The position numbers and the translations under genes were made by a program. Below are positions 37,090-49,556 of a stretch of DNA of 64,000 nt, piece by piece. Numbering within the stretch: position 1 is the first letter of the stretch; every line of letters starts with the position of its first letter. Origin of the DNA: Scyliorhinus canicula (lineage: Eukaryota); assembly GCF_902713615.1 (NCBI RefSeq), contig NC_052163.1, positions 21,214,248-21,278,247 of the forward strand, read 5' to 3'. The notes under the pieces were generated by a model. It did no database searches, was not told the DNA's origin, and worked only from the letters and a program-made list of their open reading frames with translations.

Positions 37090-39570
37090 CATGAGAGGCA
37101 GTGGGTACACTACATGATCTATGCTCCATAACTGAATGGTGATGTTATATCGTATGAATAGTACCATAGTAAAGGATCCTCTAGGGAAGAGTGATCATAA
37201 CATGCTGGAGTGATCATAACAAACGTGGGTTTGCAACTAGTGTCTTGAACTGAAAATAAACACAATTACAAAGGTTTGAGGACAGAGATGCCTAAAGGAC
37301 TGGGAAAATAGTTGATAAGCTGAGATGGTAAATAAGCAGTGGCAGACATTTATGGAAGTGTTCCATAAATAAAAATAATTTTTGAGAAAGATTAACAATC
37401 AGTGCAAATGAAGGAAGCTAGCAATGATATCACACTGAAAGAAATGAGGCGGAATTCTCCGCTCCCCACGTGGCGTGGGAGAATCGTGGGAGGGCCTCCC
37501 GACATTTTGTACGTCCCCCTGGCGCCCCCAGTGATTCTCCCCCCTGGCTCGGAAAAATCGGCGCTCGCTGTTTTTCACGCCGAACGGCGATTCTCCGAGC
37601 CCGATGGGCCGAGCGGCCGGCCCTTCACGCCCGTTTCACCACGGCAGCAACCACACCTGGTCGCTGCATTCGTGAAATGGGCGTCAGATGCCCGTTTGGG
37701 GCATCTAGGGGCCCGATTTGGACGGGTGCACCGCGACTGTGCTCGGGAGGGGACAGGCCCGCGATCGGCCGAGGTTCACAACGGCCTCGGGGCCCGTTCC
37801 CCTCGGCCGATTTCACGACAGCCATCCCGATTTTTATCGGGAGCGGAGAATACCGCCCATGGTGTAAAATGCTGTTAAGGTGGAGTGGTAGGACAGAAAA
37901 TTGAGAACCTTTTAGAAATCAGCAAAGGATGACTAAATTAAGGGGAAGAAATTAGAAGATGAGAACAAACCATCAAAAAATATAAAAACAACTGCCAAGA
38001 GCTTTTACAAGTCTATGAAAAGGAACAGAGTAGCTAAAACACTGGTCACACAGAGGATGAAGGGGGAATTAATCATGGGAACCAAGGATATGGCAGGTTT
38101 TGAATGAGTATTTTGTATCTGTCTACATGGTAGAAGGCACGAAAAGCATCCCAAGAATAATAGAACATCATGGAAAAAAGGGAAGGAGATAAAACGATCA
38201 TTATCAGTTGAGAAAAATTCCAAGGAAAACAAATGAGACTAAAGGTTGCGTCTCCCTGGCCTGCATCCCAGGAAGGAGTAGGACAGTTAGTTGCTGGATT
38301 GGGTGTAATCTTACAGAATTCGCTAGATGCTGGAATGGTCCCAGTGGATTGGAAAACTGCACGAAGGAGGAAGTCAGAAAGTAGGAAAAGTAGTCCAGTT
38401 CATCTAACATTAGTAAAATGTTGGAATCCATTATTAAGGAAGTCATAATACAATCAAGAAAAGTCAACATAATTTTATGAAAGAGAAATAGCATTCGACA
38501 AGTTTACTAGAGTTCTTTCAGGATGCAACAGTCAAGATGGATGAAGGGGAATCAGTAAATACATTGAAGGTGCCAGGTAAAAGGTTACTACACAAGAGTA
38601 AAGCTCATGGTGTTGGAGGTAAAATATTCGCATGGGTGGAGGATTGGCTAACGAACAGGAAACAAAGTTGGAGTACATTGGTGATTTTCTGTAATTGTTG
38701 GAGTGTCCCAAGAGTCAGTCTTATGGCCTCAACTATTTGCAATCCACATCAGTGACTTGGATGAAGGGTCCGAGTTTACTGTTGCCAAATTAGCTAATGA
38801 TACAAGAATAGGTAGAAAAGCCAGTTATGAGTATGACGCAAAGGCCTGGATTTTCTGCTCAAGTTGGAGAGACGCGAGTTGAGCCCATTCCTGACTTCCG
38901 AAGCCAGAACTCATCTCAAAACGCCACCCGTGAAACATTTTCTGTCTCAGAGATATGGGCAGGGAGGACTTGGGTTTGGAGAACCACAATGTGCGAGGAA
39001 AGTGGGTGCAGCGGTGGACTGGTTAGAGGATCAATAACAGCTGCCCAGCTCCCAACAACAGAGGGCTCTAAATCACGTGTACATGAATCACAAAAGGTTT
39101 ACATGCAAGTACAGCAACTAAGTAAGAAGGCAAATGGAATGTTGTCCTTCGTTGCAATGAGGATGGAGTATAAAAGTAGGGAAGTCTTATTACAACCGTG
39201 CAGGGCATTGGTGAGACTACGGCTAGAATATTGCAGACAGATTTGGCCTCCTTATTTTAGGAGGAACTTGCATCACAAAAGCCTCACTGATTTCTGGGAA
39301 GAAGTGGTTATCTTATGAGGAAATGTTGATCAGGTTTAATTGGGCCTGTACACATTGGTGTTTCAAAGAATCAGAGGGGATCTAATTGCACTGAGGTGAC
39401 CTAACAGGATGGCTGCTGAGTGGATGAATCGAGAACTGGAGGGCACAACTTCAGAACAAGGGGCTCCCCCATTTAAGACGGAGAGGAATAGGAATTTCTT
39501 CTCTCAGGGAGTTGTTAAGCTTTGGAATTCTCTACCCCAGAGAGCTGTGGAGGTTGGGCCATTGAATATA
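37090..39570 (+). mobile_element. Highly decayed CR1 LINE
   Basis: PLGKSDHN, SLDAGMVPVDWK, KAHGVGGKIFAWVEDWL, MEYKSREVLLQ motifs in shifting frames; interrupted by insertions. Confidence 0.85.
37447..37858. mobile_element. Harbinger-like MITE inside CR1
   Basis: TIR aggcggaattctcc...ggagaataccgccc; TSD atg. Confidence 0.85.
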
Positions 39571-39759
39571 TTTGGATTGGGCATTGTGCAATGAGAAAAG
39601 ATTACTTGGTGATCTAGTTGTGAGAGATCCCTTGGGGATGAGTGACCATAATATGATAGAAATCTTTATCAAAGTGGATAGTGAGGTCGCTGATTCTGAG
39701 ACCAGGGTCCTGAACCTCAATAAAGATAACCATAAAGGTAACGTGATAAAGGATCTGTA

Positions 39760-39863
39760 CTCCGAAAGCTAGTGATTCAAAACAAACCTATTGGACTTTA
39801 ATCTGGTGTTGTAAGACTTCTTACCGTGCCCACCCCAGTCCAATGCCGGCATCTCCACATCAT
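39760..39863 (+). mobile_element. 5'-truncated Penelope-like terminal fragment inside CR1
   Basis: ctccgaaagctagtga...ggcatctccacatcat, same family as 11715-11818. Confidence 0.85.
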
Positions 39864-40117
39864 GATGGTATGAGGCATGTGTTGGCTATGATGGACTGGT
39901 AAACATTACTGAAAGGAAGGACAGTGGACAGGCAATGGCAGGCAATCAAGGAATAAATGAACTCCATAAACTGCTTATTCCTATTTGGCGGAAGAGTGAA
40001 AAGGGAACTGTGGCCAAACCATGTCTTACAAAGGAAATTAGAGAAAGTGTTAGATTCAAAGCAGAAGCACACAAATTGGCAGGAAATAGCAATAGGCCTG
40101 AGTTTAAAAATCAGCAA

Positions 40118-40343
40118 GGCAGCACGGTGGCGCAGTGGGTTAGCCCTGTTGCCTCACGGCGCCGAGGTCCCAGGTTCGATCCCGGCTCTGGGTCACTGTC
40201 CGTGTGGAGTTTGCACATTCTCCCCGTGTTTGCGTGGGTCTCGCCCCCACAACCCAAAGATGTGCAGGGTAGGTGGATTGGCCATGCTAAATTGCCCCTT
40301 AATTGGAAAAAATTGATTGGGTACTCTAAATTTATAAAAAAAA
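40118..40343 (+). mobile_element. Poly(A) HE1-type SINE inside CR1
   Basis: A-tail; TSD aaaaatcagcaa on both sides. Confidence 0.9.
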
Positions 40344-41939
40344 AAAAATCAGCAAAGGCGGACCAAGGAATTGATTAAGAAAGGGAAAATAGAGTATGAA
40401 AGCATACTAGCGGAGAACATAAAAACTGACTGTAAAAGTTTCTATAGGTATGTAAAACAAAAAAGATTGTCAAAAATTAATGTAGATCCCTTAAAGTCAG
40501 AAACGGAGGAATTCATAACGGGGAACAAAGAAATGACTGAGGAACTAAATTTGTTCTTTGCTTCTGTCTTCACAAAGGAAGACATGAATAATTTTCCGTA
40601 AGTTCTGAGAAGCACAAGTTTTACTGAGAAGCTGAAGGAAATCAGTATTAGTAGAGAAATGGTTTGGGGGAAATTAATGGGATTGAAAGCTGATAAATCT
40701 ACAGGGCCAGATAATCTTCATCCTGCAGTACTTAAGGAAGTAGCATGAGAAATAGTAGATCCAGTGGTGGTCATTTTCCAAAATTCCTTGGACTCTGGAA
40801 TGGTTCCTACAGATTGGAAGGTAGTCGATGGAAGCTCGCTATTCAAAAAGGGAGGAAGAGAGAAAACAGGGAACTATAGACCAGTGAGCCTAACGTCGGT
40901 GGCAGGGAAGTTGTTAAGAGTCCATTATCAAGGATTTCATTTGGAAAGCAGTGGTGTAATCAGACAAAGGCAGCATTTATTAACGGGAAATCATACTTGA
41001 CAATTCTACTGGAATTCTTTGAAGGTGTAACTAGTCGAGTTGACCAGGGAGAACCAATGGATGTGGTTTATTTAGACTTTCAGAAGGTTTTCGACACGGT
41101 CTCACATTGCAGATTACTATGTAAAGTGAAAGAATGTGGGATTGCAGGTAATGTCTTGAGATGGATAGAAACCTGGACAGCAGGTAAGAAGAATTGGAAT
41201 AAATGGGTCTTTTTTTCCCATTGGCAGGCAATGACTAGTGAGGTACTGCAGGGATCAGTGTTAAGACCCCAACTGTTCACGTTATATATTAATGATTTGG
41301 ACGAGGGAACTAAAATATTATCTCCAAATTTGCAGATGATACAAAGCTGGGTGGGAGGGTGAGGCTGCAGAGATGCTTCAGCGTGATTTGGACAGGCTGA
41401 GTGAGTGGGCATATGCATGGCAGATACAGTATAATGTGGATAAATGTGAGCTTATCCACTTTGGTAGCAAAAATATGAAGGCGGATTATTATTTGAATGA
41501 CAAGGTGCCCAGGTGACACTGCCAGGGTGCCTGAGTACCAGGTTGGCAATGTCGGGGATTATTGGGGGTGAACTGCCTTCATGAGGTCAGGTGAGGACAG
41601 CTCGAGGACCCACTAACAGGTAGATTGGGGCATTGGGGTGTCCGGAGGCCGGGCTGGGGAATCCGGGGGGGGGGGTCCAGAAATTAGGACAGCATTTGAA
41701 GCTGTACTCTCCTCCTGTACTGACGAGCTGAAGGTTAAGTGCGGCCTTGACGAGGCGTTCCTGTTTGATAGCGGGGTCATTCTTGGTGTTTCAGGCCCTG
41801 AGAAACAACCTGCTAAACACGCCCGAAATGGGACTCTATTTTTCCCCCCGTTAAATGTGCCCATCAGGTTTTACAGCACAGCAAGAGGACCTTCGGCCCA
41901 TTCCGTCTACACCAGCCATCAAGCACCTACAAGGTAGGA

Positions 41940-42385
41940 GAGCTATCTCGGGCATCCTGGCAAATACTTATCTGTCAATTAACGCCACAAAACAGATTAT
42001 CTGGACATTATCACATTGCTGTTTGTGGGAGCCGACTGTACGCAAAATGACTGCTGCATTCCTTACATTACAACACTGACTATATTTCAAAGACTACCTC
42101 ATTGGCTGCAAAGCACTTTGATAGCCCTGTGGCCATGAAAGGCAACATATAAATGCAAATCTTTATTTTTCTTTGAAGAGGAAGGGAGTTCCTTTCAGCT
42201 AAGGTTTATCCAACAACCTAAAACAGTGATTTTACCGCTATTTGTAACAGTTTGCTGTGGGCAGATTGACTGCCATGGTTCCTGAATTACATCGGTGAAT
42301 ACATTTCAAAGGTATTTTACTGTAAGGTGCTTTGGGGAACCCTGAATGATAATTAAAGGTGTTGCAAAAATACAGATTTTTTTTT
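41940..42385 (+). mobile_element. Two Deu-domain SINE (SacSINE1-like) remnants
   Basis: cagattatctgg..attatcacattgctgtttgtggga and tail cattggctgcaaagcactttg...ataaatgcaa, recalled as the Deu domain. Confidence 0.65.
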
Positions 42386-42741
42386 TACTTGGAATGTTTG
42401 GGCTCCGCTCAAAGAGCAATTAATCCCACTAGTCAGTCTACGGAAATAAAGGTAAAAGATAAGTTAAATAAAAGGAATTGGTGGCTCACCAATCCTATAA
42501 TGGACATGAAATAGACCAGTAACTTACTGGTAGGTCTTAATGGACAGGCCGCTTCTTTTTCATAAGTCACGTTAAGTTTGAATGTTTATCTTATTCACAT
42601 TCAATGGTTTGAGTCGGGAATTTAATTACGAGAACATAATCGATTTATTCTCTGGGGATTTAACTTTGCATTACAGAAGGTAATGCAGTGTGACACTGTG
42701 AGTGCATTATGTTACCGGCAAGCAGGCAATCGAGTTCAGCG

Positions 42742-42972
42742 TTCGTCCTCCCCGTGTGTGCGTGGGTTTCCTCCGGGTGCTCCGGTTTCCTCCCACAGTC
42801 CAAAGATGTGCGGGTTAGGTGGATTGGCCATGCTAAATTGCCCGTAGTGTAAGGTTAATGGGGGGATTGTTGGGTTACGGGTTACGTGGGTTTAAGTAGG
42901 GTGATCATTGCTCGGCACAACATCGAGGGCTGAAGGGCCTGTTCTGTGCTGTACTGTTCTATGTTCTATGTT
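42742..42972 (+). mobile_element. 5'-truncated young HE1-type SINE, (ttctatg)n tail
   Basis: Near-identical to 44143-44396. Confidence 0.9.
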
Positions 42973-44005
42973 CAGGCAGGCTGGCTTCAGTCCATATTGG
43001 TCCTTTTTGTACATTTGGCAGCAGAGCCTTCGATTTGCAGGGGAGTGGGGCTTGCTGGGGCAGTCCACAGCCAATTATTAAGTCCTGACACTAAGGTTTG
43101 TAATGCTGCATTGCAGGGCAAGGTCTGCCGGTCATGCCACCTTCAGCGTGATGTCAGCAGTCAACACAAATTGATTGGTTCAGAAGATTTCCAAAATAAA
43201 CAGACTTGAAGGGCCTGGACTTCCATGGAATAACAGTCAAAATTCTATTGTCATTCTGCTCCTACTTCCTCACCTTGGATCTTTTTGTGATCCTGCCTTG
43301 CACGACCTGCTGATTCAGGCCGGGCAAGAACCGTGCAGGGCAGCATGCTCCTTCAGTCGAGCGACGTTGAATAAGATGGATAAAGGTCACGTCCCCTTTT
43401 TAATGGTGCCTTGAAAGATATAAAATAGAAGCAGGAGGAGGCCATTCGGCCCTGCGAGCCTGCTCCGTCAGTCATTATGATCATGGCTGATCATCAAGTT
43501 CAATGCCCTGATCCCGCCTTCCCCCCAATATCCCATGATCCCTTTAGCCCCAAGAGCGACATCTAATTCCTTCTAAATATTACACAACGTTTTGGCCTCA
43601 ACTACATTGCATTGTTACGGGCCAGGGTTTAGAGAACCCCAAAGTGTATCGTGAAGTTCACCTGACCCACAACTTTTAATAGATTGTGGTATGGGGAGCA
43701 CACGGCCCACTCTACAGGTGTGGTGCAGCAGAAATGGAAAAGTATTTTTTAAAGCAAAACAATGTTTATTCTGTGAACTCAAGTTAACCTTTTCAAAACA
43801 GTGAACATCTTAGCAACCATCAATTCAAATACAACCCCCTAAGAATACAACACTACGTAATCCGTAATCTGTCCTTTTAACATCCAGAAGACTTAAAAAC
43901 TTTAAACACAAGCACATCAGGTTAGAGCCACTACTGAGAGCAGTTATTAGTTTTAAATCACCAAAGGATCGATTTACAGTTTTTAGATTACAGAGAGACT
44001 AGCGG

Positions 44006-44029
44006 TCGAGCTGGCGGTCCGCCGCGAGG
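44006..44029 (+). pseudogene. Probable 18S rRNA fragment (V4 region) fused to the 5' end of a SINE
   Basis: tcgagctggcggtccgccgcgagg matches fish/amphibian 18S V4 as I recall it; followed by A8. Confidence 0.6.
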
Positions 44030-44045
44030 AAAAAAAATTATTTTT

Positions 44046-44397
44046 GGGGCAGCAGGGTAGCATGGTGGTTAGCATAAATGCTTCACAGCTCCAGGGTCCC
44101 AGGTTCGATTCCCGGCTGGGTCACTGTCTGTGTGGAGTCTGCACGTCCTCCCCCTGTGTGCGTGGGTTTCCTCCGGGTGCTCCGGTTTCCTCCCACAGTC
44201 CAAAGATGTGCGGGTTAGGTGGATTGGCCATGCTAAATTGCCCGTAGTGTCCTAATAAATGTAAGGTTAAGGGGGGGGTTGTTGGGTTACGGGTATAGGG
44301 TGGATACGTGGGTTTGAGTAGGGTGATCATGGCTCGGCACAACATTGAGGGCCGAAGGGCCTGTTCTGTGCTGTACTGTTCTATGTTCTATGTTCTA
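44046..44397 (+). mobile_element. Full-length young HE1-type SINE, CR1 tail
   Basis: tRNA head, central domain, gaagggcctgttctgtgctgtactg(ttctatg)n. Confidence 0.92.
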
Positions 44398-45106
44398 ATA
44401 CACCTTCTGGCTGTGACTGCAGCTATCCAGCTCTGAAAACTAAACTAAAACACACCCTGCAACAAACAGCCTAAAACAAAAGTAAAAAGCTGACAGACAG
44501 CCCAGCTCCACGACTCTCTGACATCACTGCATTAATAAACACCCATTTCTTAAAGGTACTCTCACGACAGATATTTATATACACACCCATTTATAAACAC
44601 CCATTTCTGAAAGGTACTCTCACCTGACAGCATGGCAGCGAATTCCACAGATTCACCACTCTCTGGGTGATGAATTTTCTCCTCACCTCAGTCCTAAAAG
44701 GTTTACCCCTTATCCTCAAACAATGACCCCTAGTTCTGGACTCCCCCAGCATCAGGAACATTCTTTCTGAATTTACCCGGTCTAATTCTGTTAGAATTTT
44801 GCAAGTTTCGATGAAATCCCCTCTCATTCTTCTGAACTTCAATGAATATAATCCTAACGGATTTAGTCTCTCCTCAAATGACAGTCCCACCATCCCATGA
44901 GTCAGCCTGGTAAACCTTTGGTGCACTCCCTCCATAACAAGAACATCCTTCCTCTGATAAAGACACCAAAACCGGACACAATATTCCAGGTGTGGCCTCA
45001 CCAATGCCTTATACAATTGCAGTAAAACATCTCTTTATTCCTGTAATCAATCCTCTCACTGTGAAGGCCAACATACCATTTGTCTTTTTTACTGCCTACT
45101 ACACCT

Positions 45107-45447
45107 AATAATAATAATCGCTTATTGGCACAAGTAGATTTCAATGAAGTTACTGTGAAAAGCCCCTAGTCGCCACATTTCGGCGCCTGTTTGGGGAGGC
45201 CGGTACAGGAATTAAACCCGCGCTGCTGGCATTGTTCTGCATTACAAGCCAGCTGTTTAGCTCATTGTGCTAAGCCAGCCCCAAATAATAATCGCTTATT
45301 GTCACAAGTAGATTTCAATGAAGTTACTGTGAAAAGCCCCCAGTCGCCATATCCCGGCGCCTGTTCGGGGAGGCCGGTACGGGAATCGAACCCACGCTGA
45401 AGGCATTGTTCTGCATTACAAGCCAGCTGTTTAGCCCACTGTGCTAT
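45107..45447 (-). mobile_element. Two tandem short tRNA SINEs inside CR1
   Basis: Direct repeats 45107-45282 and 45284-45447. Confidence 0.85.
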
Positions 45448-46012
45448 GCCTGCGCACTTGCTTTCAGTGACTGATGCACCAAGGACACCAAGGTCTCGCT
45501 GAGCATTCTCCTCTCTCAATTTACACCCATTCAAATAATAATCTGACTTCCTATTTTTGCTACCGAAGTGGATAATTCACATTTATCCACGTTATACTGC
45601 ACCTGCCATGCATGTGCCCACTCACTCAGCCTGTCTAAATCCCGTTAAAGCATCCTCCTCACAGCTCACCCTCCCACCCAGCTTTATGTCATTTGCAAAT
45701 TTGAAATTAATACATTTAGTGCCCTCATCCAAATCATTAATATGTAATGTGAACAGTCGGGGTCCGAGCACAGATCCCACTAGTCACTGCCTGACAACCA
45801 GAAAAAGACACATTTATTCCAACTTTTTGCTTACTGTCTGCTAACCAACTTGTTATCCATCTCAAGACACTGCCGGTAATCCCATGCGTTTTAACCGGGT
45901 TTGATTCCAGTGACTGTGTGGAATCTTCCATGAAACCGGTGTATTTAAAGGACCATCCACTTTTAAGTCAAGGAGAAGTAGTGTTGTCAGGAAGGTGGTT
46001 AGAATTTCAGGC

Positions 46013-48036
46013 TGGGAACGGGAGGAGGTCAGAGGACTTTCGGCAGGGGTGCCCCTTGTCCCCCTGCTCTTCGCGTTAGCGATTGAGCCCGTGGCCATGG
46101 CACGGAGGGATTCGAAGAGTTGGAGGGGGATTGTGCATTTGGGGGGGGGGGGAACACCGGCTGCCGTTGTACGCAGATGATCTACTGTTGTACGTCGCGG
46201 ATCCGGCTGAGGGGATGCCAGAGGTGTTGAAGATACTTGAGGAGTTTGGGGACTTTTCGGGTTACAAGCTCAATGTGGGGAAAAGTGAGCTGTTTGTGTT
46301 GCACCTGGGAGATAGGTGAGCTCCCATTGAAGAGGACTGGGAGGAGCTTTAGATATCTTAGGACCTGGGGGGCCATGCACAGGCTTAACTTTTCGAGGCT
46401 GGTGGAGCAGATGGAGGAAGAGTTCAGGAGGTGGGATGCGCTCCCGCTTTTGTTGGCGGGCAGGGTCCAGTTGATTAAGATGATGGTACTCCCGAGGTTT
46501 TTGTTTCTTTTCCGGTGCCTCCCCATATTGATCCCAAAGGCTTTTTTCAAAAGGGTGAATAAGTCTATTCTCGGGTTCGTGTGGGCACGGAAGGCCCCGA
46601 GAGTAAGGAGGGTATTCTTGGAGCGAAGAAAGGAGGTAGGAGGTTTGGCGTTGCCCAACCTGTGTGGGTATTACTGGGCGGCGAATGTGGCAATGATTCA
46701 CAGGTGGGTGACGGAGGGGGAGGGCGACGCATGGAAGAGATTGGAGGTGGCATCCTGTGAGGGTACGAGTCTGGAGGCTTTGGTGACGGCCCCCACTTCC
46801 ACTCCCCCCGGCAAAGTTCTCCACGAGTCCGGAAGTGGTGGCGTCCCACAAAATCTGGGGGCAGTGGAGGCGGCATAGGGGGGAAGTGAAGACCTCAGTC
46901 TGGGCCCCGATACAGGGCAATCACTGTTTTGCACCGGGGAGAATGGATGGTGGATTTGGGAGTTGGCACAGGGCAGGCATCAGACAGATTGGGGACCTCT
47001 TCCTTGTTGGGAAGTTTGCGACTCTGGAGGAGCTGGAGGGGAAGTGGAACCTCCCCCCTGGGAACGCTTTCAAGTATATGCAGATCAGGGCATTTGTTAA
47101 GCGGCAGGTGGCGAAGTTTCCGCGGCTGCCGCCAAGGGGGGTGCAGGATAGGGTGCTCTCGGGGACGTGGGTCGGTGAGGGGAAGATCTCGGCAATTTAC
47201 CAGTTGATGCAGGAAGAGGAGGAGGCCTCGGTAGAAGAGCTCAAAGCGAAGTGGGAGGAAGAGCTAGGGGAAGAAGATTGAGGATGGAACGTGGTCGGAC
47301 GCCCTGGAGAGGGTGAACTCGTCCTCTTCTTGCGCATGGCTCAGCTGAATTCAGCTGACGGTGCTGTATAGGGCTCACATGACAGGGGCCAGGATGAGCC
47401 GGTTCTTTGACGGTGCGGGAGGTGTTTGGGAGGCCCAGCGAACCACACCCATATGTTTTGGGCATGTCCGGCCTTGGAGGGGTTTTGGAAGGGGGTGGCG
47501 GGGATTTTGTCTGAAGTGGTCGGGTCTAGGGTCAGGCCAGGCTGGGGGCTCGCGATTTTTGGGGTAGCTTCGGAGCCGGGAGTGCAGGAGGCGAGAGAGG
47601 CCGGCATTCTGGCCTTTGCGTCTCTAGTAGCCCGGAGCAGGATGCTGTTACAGTGGAGGGACACGCGGCCCCCTGAGTTCGGAGGCCTGGATCAACAACA
47701 TGGCTGGGTTTATCAAGCTGGAGAAGGTTAAGTTTGCCCTGAGGGGGTCGGTACAGGGGTTCTTTCGGCGGTGGCAGCCCTTTCTTGATTTCCTGGTGAA
47801 GGGGTAGAGGGTGGTCAGTCTCAGCAGCAACCTGGGGGGGGGGGGGGGCTGGTTAAGGGGGTTTGTTTTTGCGACAATGGGCTTGTTATTTTCTTCTTTC
47901 TTGTATTGTTGTTTGTTTTTATTTATTATTCTGTTGGGGGGGGGGGGGGAGTTATTTTCTTGTTTCGGTGTAGAACCACACCTTGTCTACTTTAACTGTG
48001 GGGAGAAAATTTGTTGTTGTTTAATAAAAATTATTT
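46013..48036 (+). mobile_element. L1/Tx1-clade LINE, RT to 3' end, frameshifted
   Basis: RQGCPL, LYADDLLLYV, FSGYKLNVGKS, GRVQLIKMMVLPRFLFLF, GGLALPNL, HMFWACP; AATAAA near 48023. Confidence 0.92.
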
Positions 48037-48389
48037 CAGGCTGGGTGGGGGAAGTGCGAAGAAGGCTGGTTGGAGGTTGGTCAGTGGGGTTGGGGAATCA
48101 GGTCGGCCCAGGCCCTGGGTGCAGTCGGAGTTTGGGAGAAGTCACGTGGAGGAGGGGAATAGGAGTCCCGGGTTGGGGGAGGAGTCCCACAGTGGGGAAG
48201 GAGGAGTAAAGTCCTTTGAGGGGAGAGAGTAGTCCAGGGGTAGGGGGAGTTCCGTGCGGCTGTGGGGTGGGGGGGGGGGGGGGGGGGGGGCGGCCTTATG
48301 CATGATCTGTATGAGCCTCTACAATAATTACTCATTAACTTGAAGTGATTTTAATTCTTCTAGATTTTCCTTCGTAACTATCATGTAAT

Positions 48390-49556
48390 TGTAGCCATCT
48401 GGAATGGCCACTTCCAAATAGGTACAGAGAAACTCGCAAAGCCTGGCAGGGAAAATGGACAAGCCAAGAGTTAGGCAGGCTCAGAGCCTGAAATGCATAT
48501 TCATAAGCAAGAAGTCCAGACGGTATCGAAACTCCGTTCAATTAGCATTTTAATAGGGCCGATTAGCATTTGATGGCCCATCTTCACCAAAGCAAAGGAC
48601 TGGTACTCAAGCAACCGGGACATCCCAGACATTGTGGCGCCACTCCCTGTTGAAGGGAAGCGTCAACAACGGGGTCAGTAACCGCTTGGGACACGCCCAG
48701 CCACCCAGATCCCTGCCCACTTACTGGTTAAGGAATCTAACGGAGTGATCAGGGATCACCCAATTAGTGAGGCCCAAATCGAAAGACCGCCCAAAAGAGT
48801 GCGAAAACCCCCAAGTATAAGAAGAAGAGTTCACCATATGTTCGCTCTCTCTTGGCCCCGGTACCCCGGTCACGGTCATCGTCAAGGGTAGTAACACCAC
48901 AAGCAAGTACGAGGTCAACGCCCGCTACCAGACGGATGAGCCCAGCTCAGCAGCAGTTACTCCTTCTAACCCGAGACCTCCAGGATTGAACAGCGGCCAC
49001 TGTTTTCTGACCTAAGCTGGATGCCCAAAGTTTTTTTTTTTTTTTTTTTTTAAATAAATTTAGATTACCCAATTATTTTTTCCAATTAAGGGGCAATTTA
49101 GCGTGGCCAATCCACCTACTCTGCACATTTTTGGGTTGTGGGGGCGAAACCCACGCAAACACGGGGAGAATGTGCAAACTCCACACGGACAGTGACCCAG
49201 AGCCGGGATCGAACCTGGGACCTCAGCGCCGTGAGGCGGTTATGCTAACCACTTGGCCACCGTGCTGCCCTGGATGCCCAAAGTTAAGTACAGGTTGTCT
49301 TAGCTGATAGGTGTAGTTAACTAGTAGGGTTTATGTTGCATGACTAATTGTGTGTAAATAAAGTACCCTTGACATTGAACTAACTAACTGGTGTTTGGCT
49401 CTTTGATCGATAGCCAGTTGAAACTTGTAGTGGTATCATTCGATACCTGGCGACTCTAAGCATTCGGACATAGATAACATAGAAAGGCGGCAAATTCACT
49501 GATTGCCATAATTAGAACAGAGCCCAGAAAGGACAAGTAGAAAAGAATCGGCAACA
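48390..49556 (+). mobile_element. Solo LTR with nested SINE
   Basis: TGTAG...CAACA ends; 4-bp TSD taat at 48386-48389 and 49557-49560; AATAAA near 49357. Confidence 0.8.
49033..49270 (-). mobile_element. Poly(A) HE1-type SINE
   Basis: Long T-run; 15-bp TSD tggatgcccaaagtt at 49018-49032 and 49271-49285. Confidence 0.93.

Larger units (their letters stand above)
39575..41500 (+). mobile_element. Second decayed CR1 LINE
   Basis: PLGMSDHNMIE, FASVFTKE, GNYRPVSLTSV, YLDFQKVFD, QGSVLRP motifs with frameshifts. Confidence 0.9.
43613..44629 (-). mobile_element. Solo LTR with nested SINE
   Basis: TGTTA...TGACA ends; 4-bp TSD gcat at 43609-43612 and 44630-44633. Confidence 0.85.
43420..45890 (-). 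mobile_element. CR1 LINE 3' part, interrupted by an LTR and SINEs
   Basis: ORF 44591-45016 reads YKALVRPHLEYCVRFW; 3' UTR at 43420-43612. Confidence 0.85.

Noticed and set aside
44046-44120. tRNA genes from A/B-box matches
   Set aside because: These are SINE heads continuing into SINE bodies
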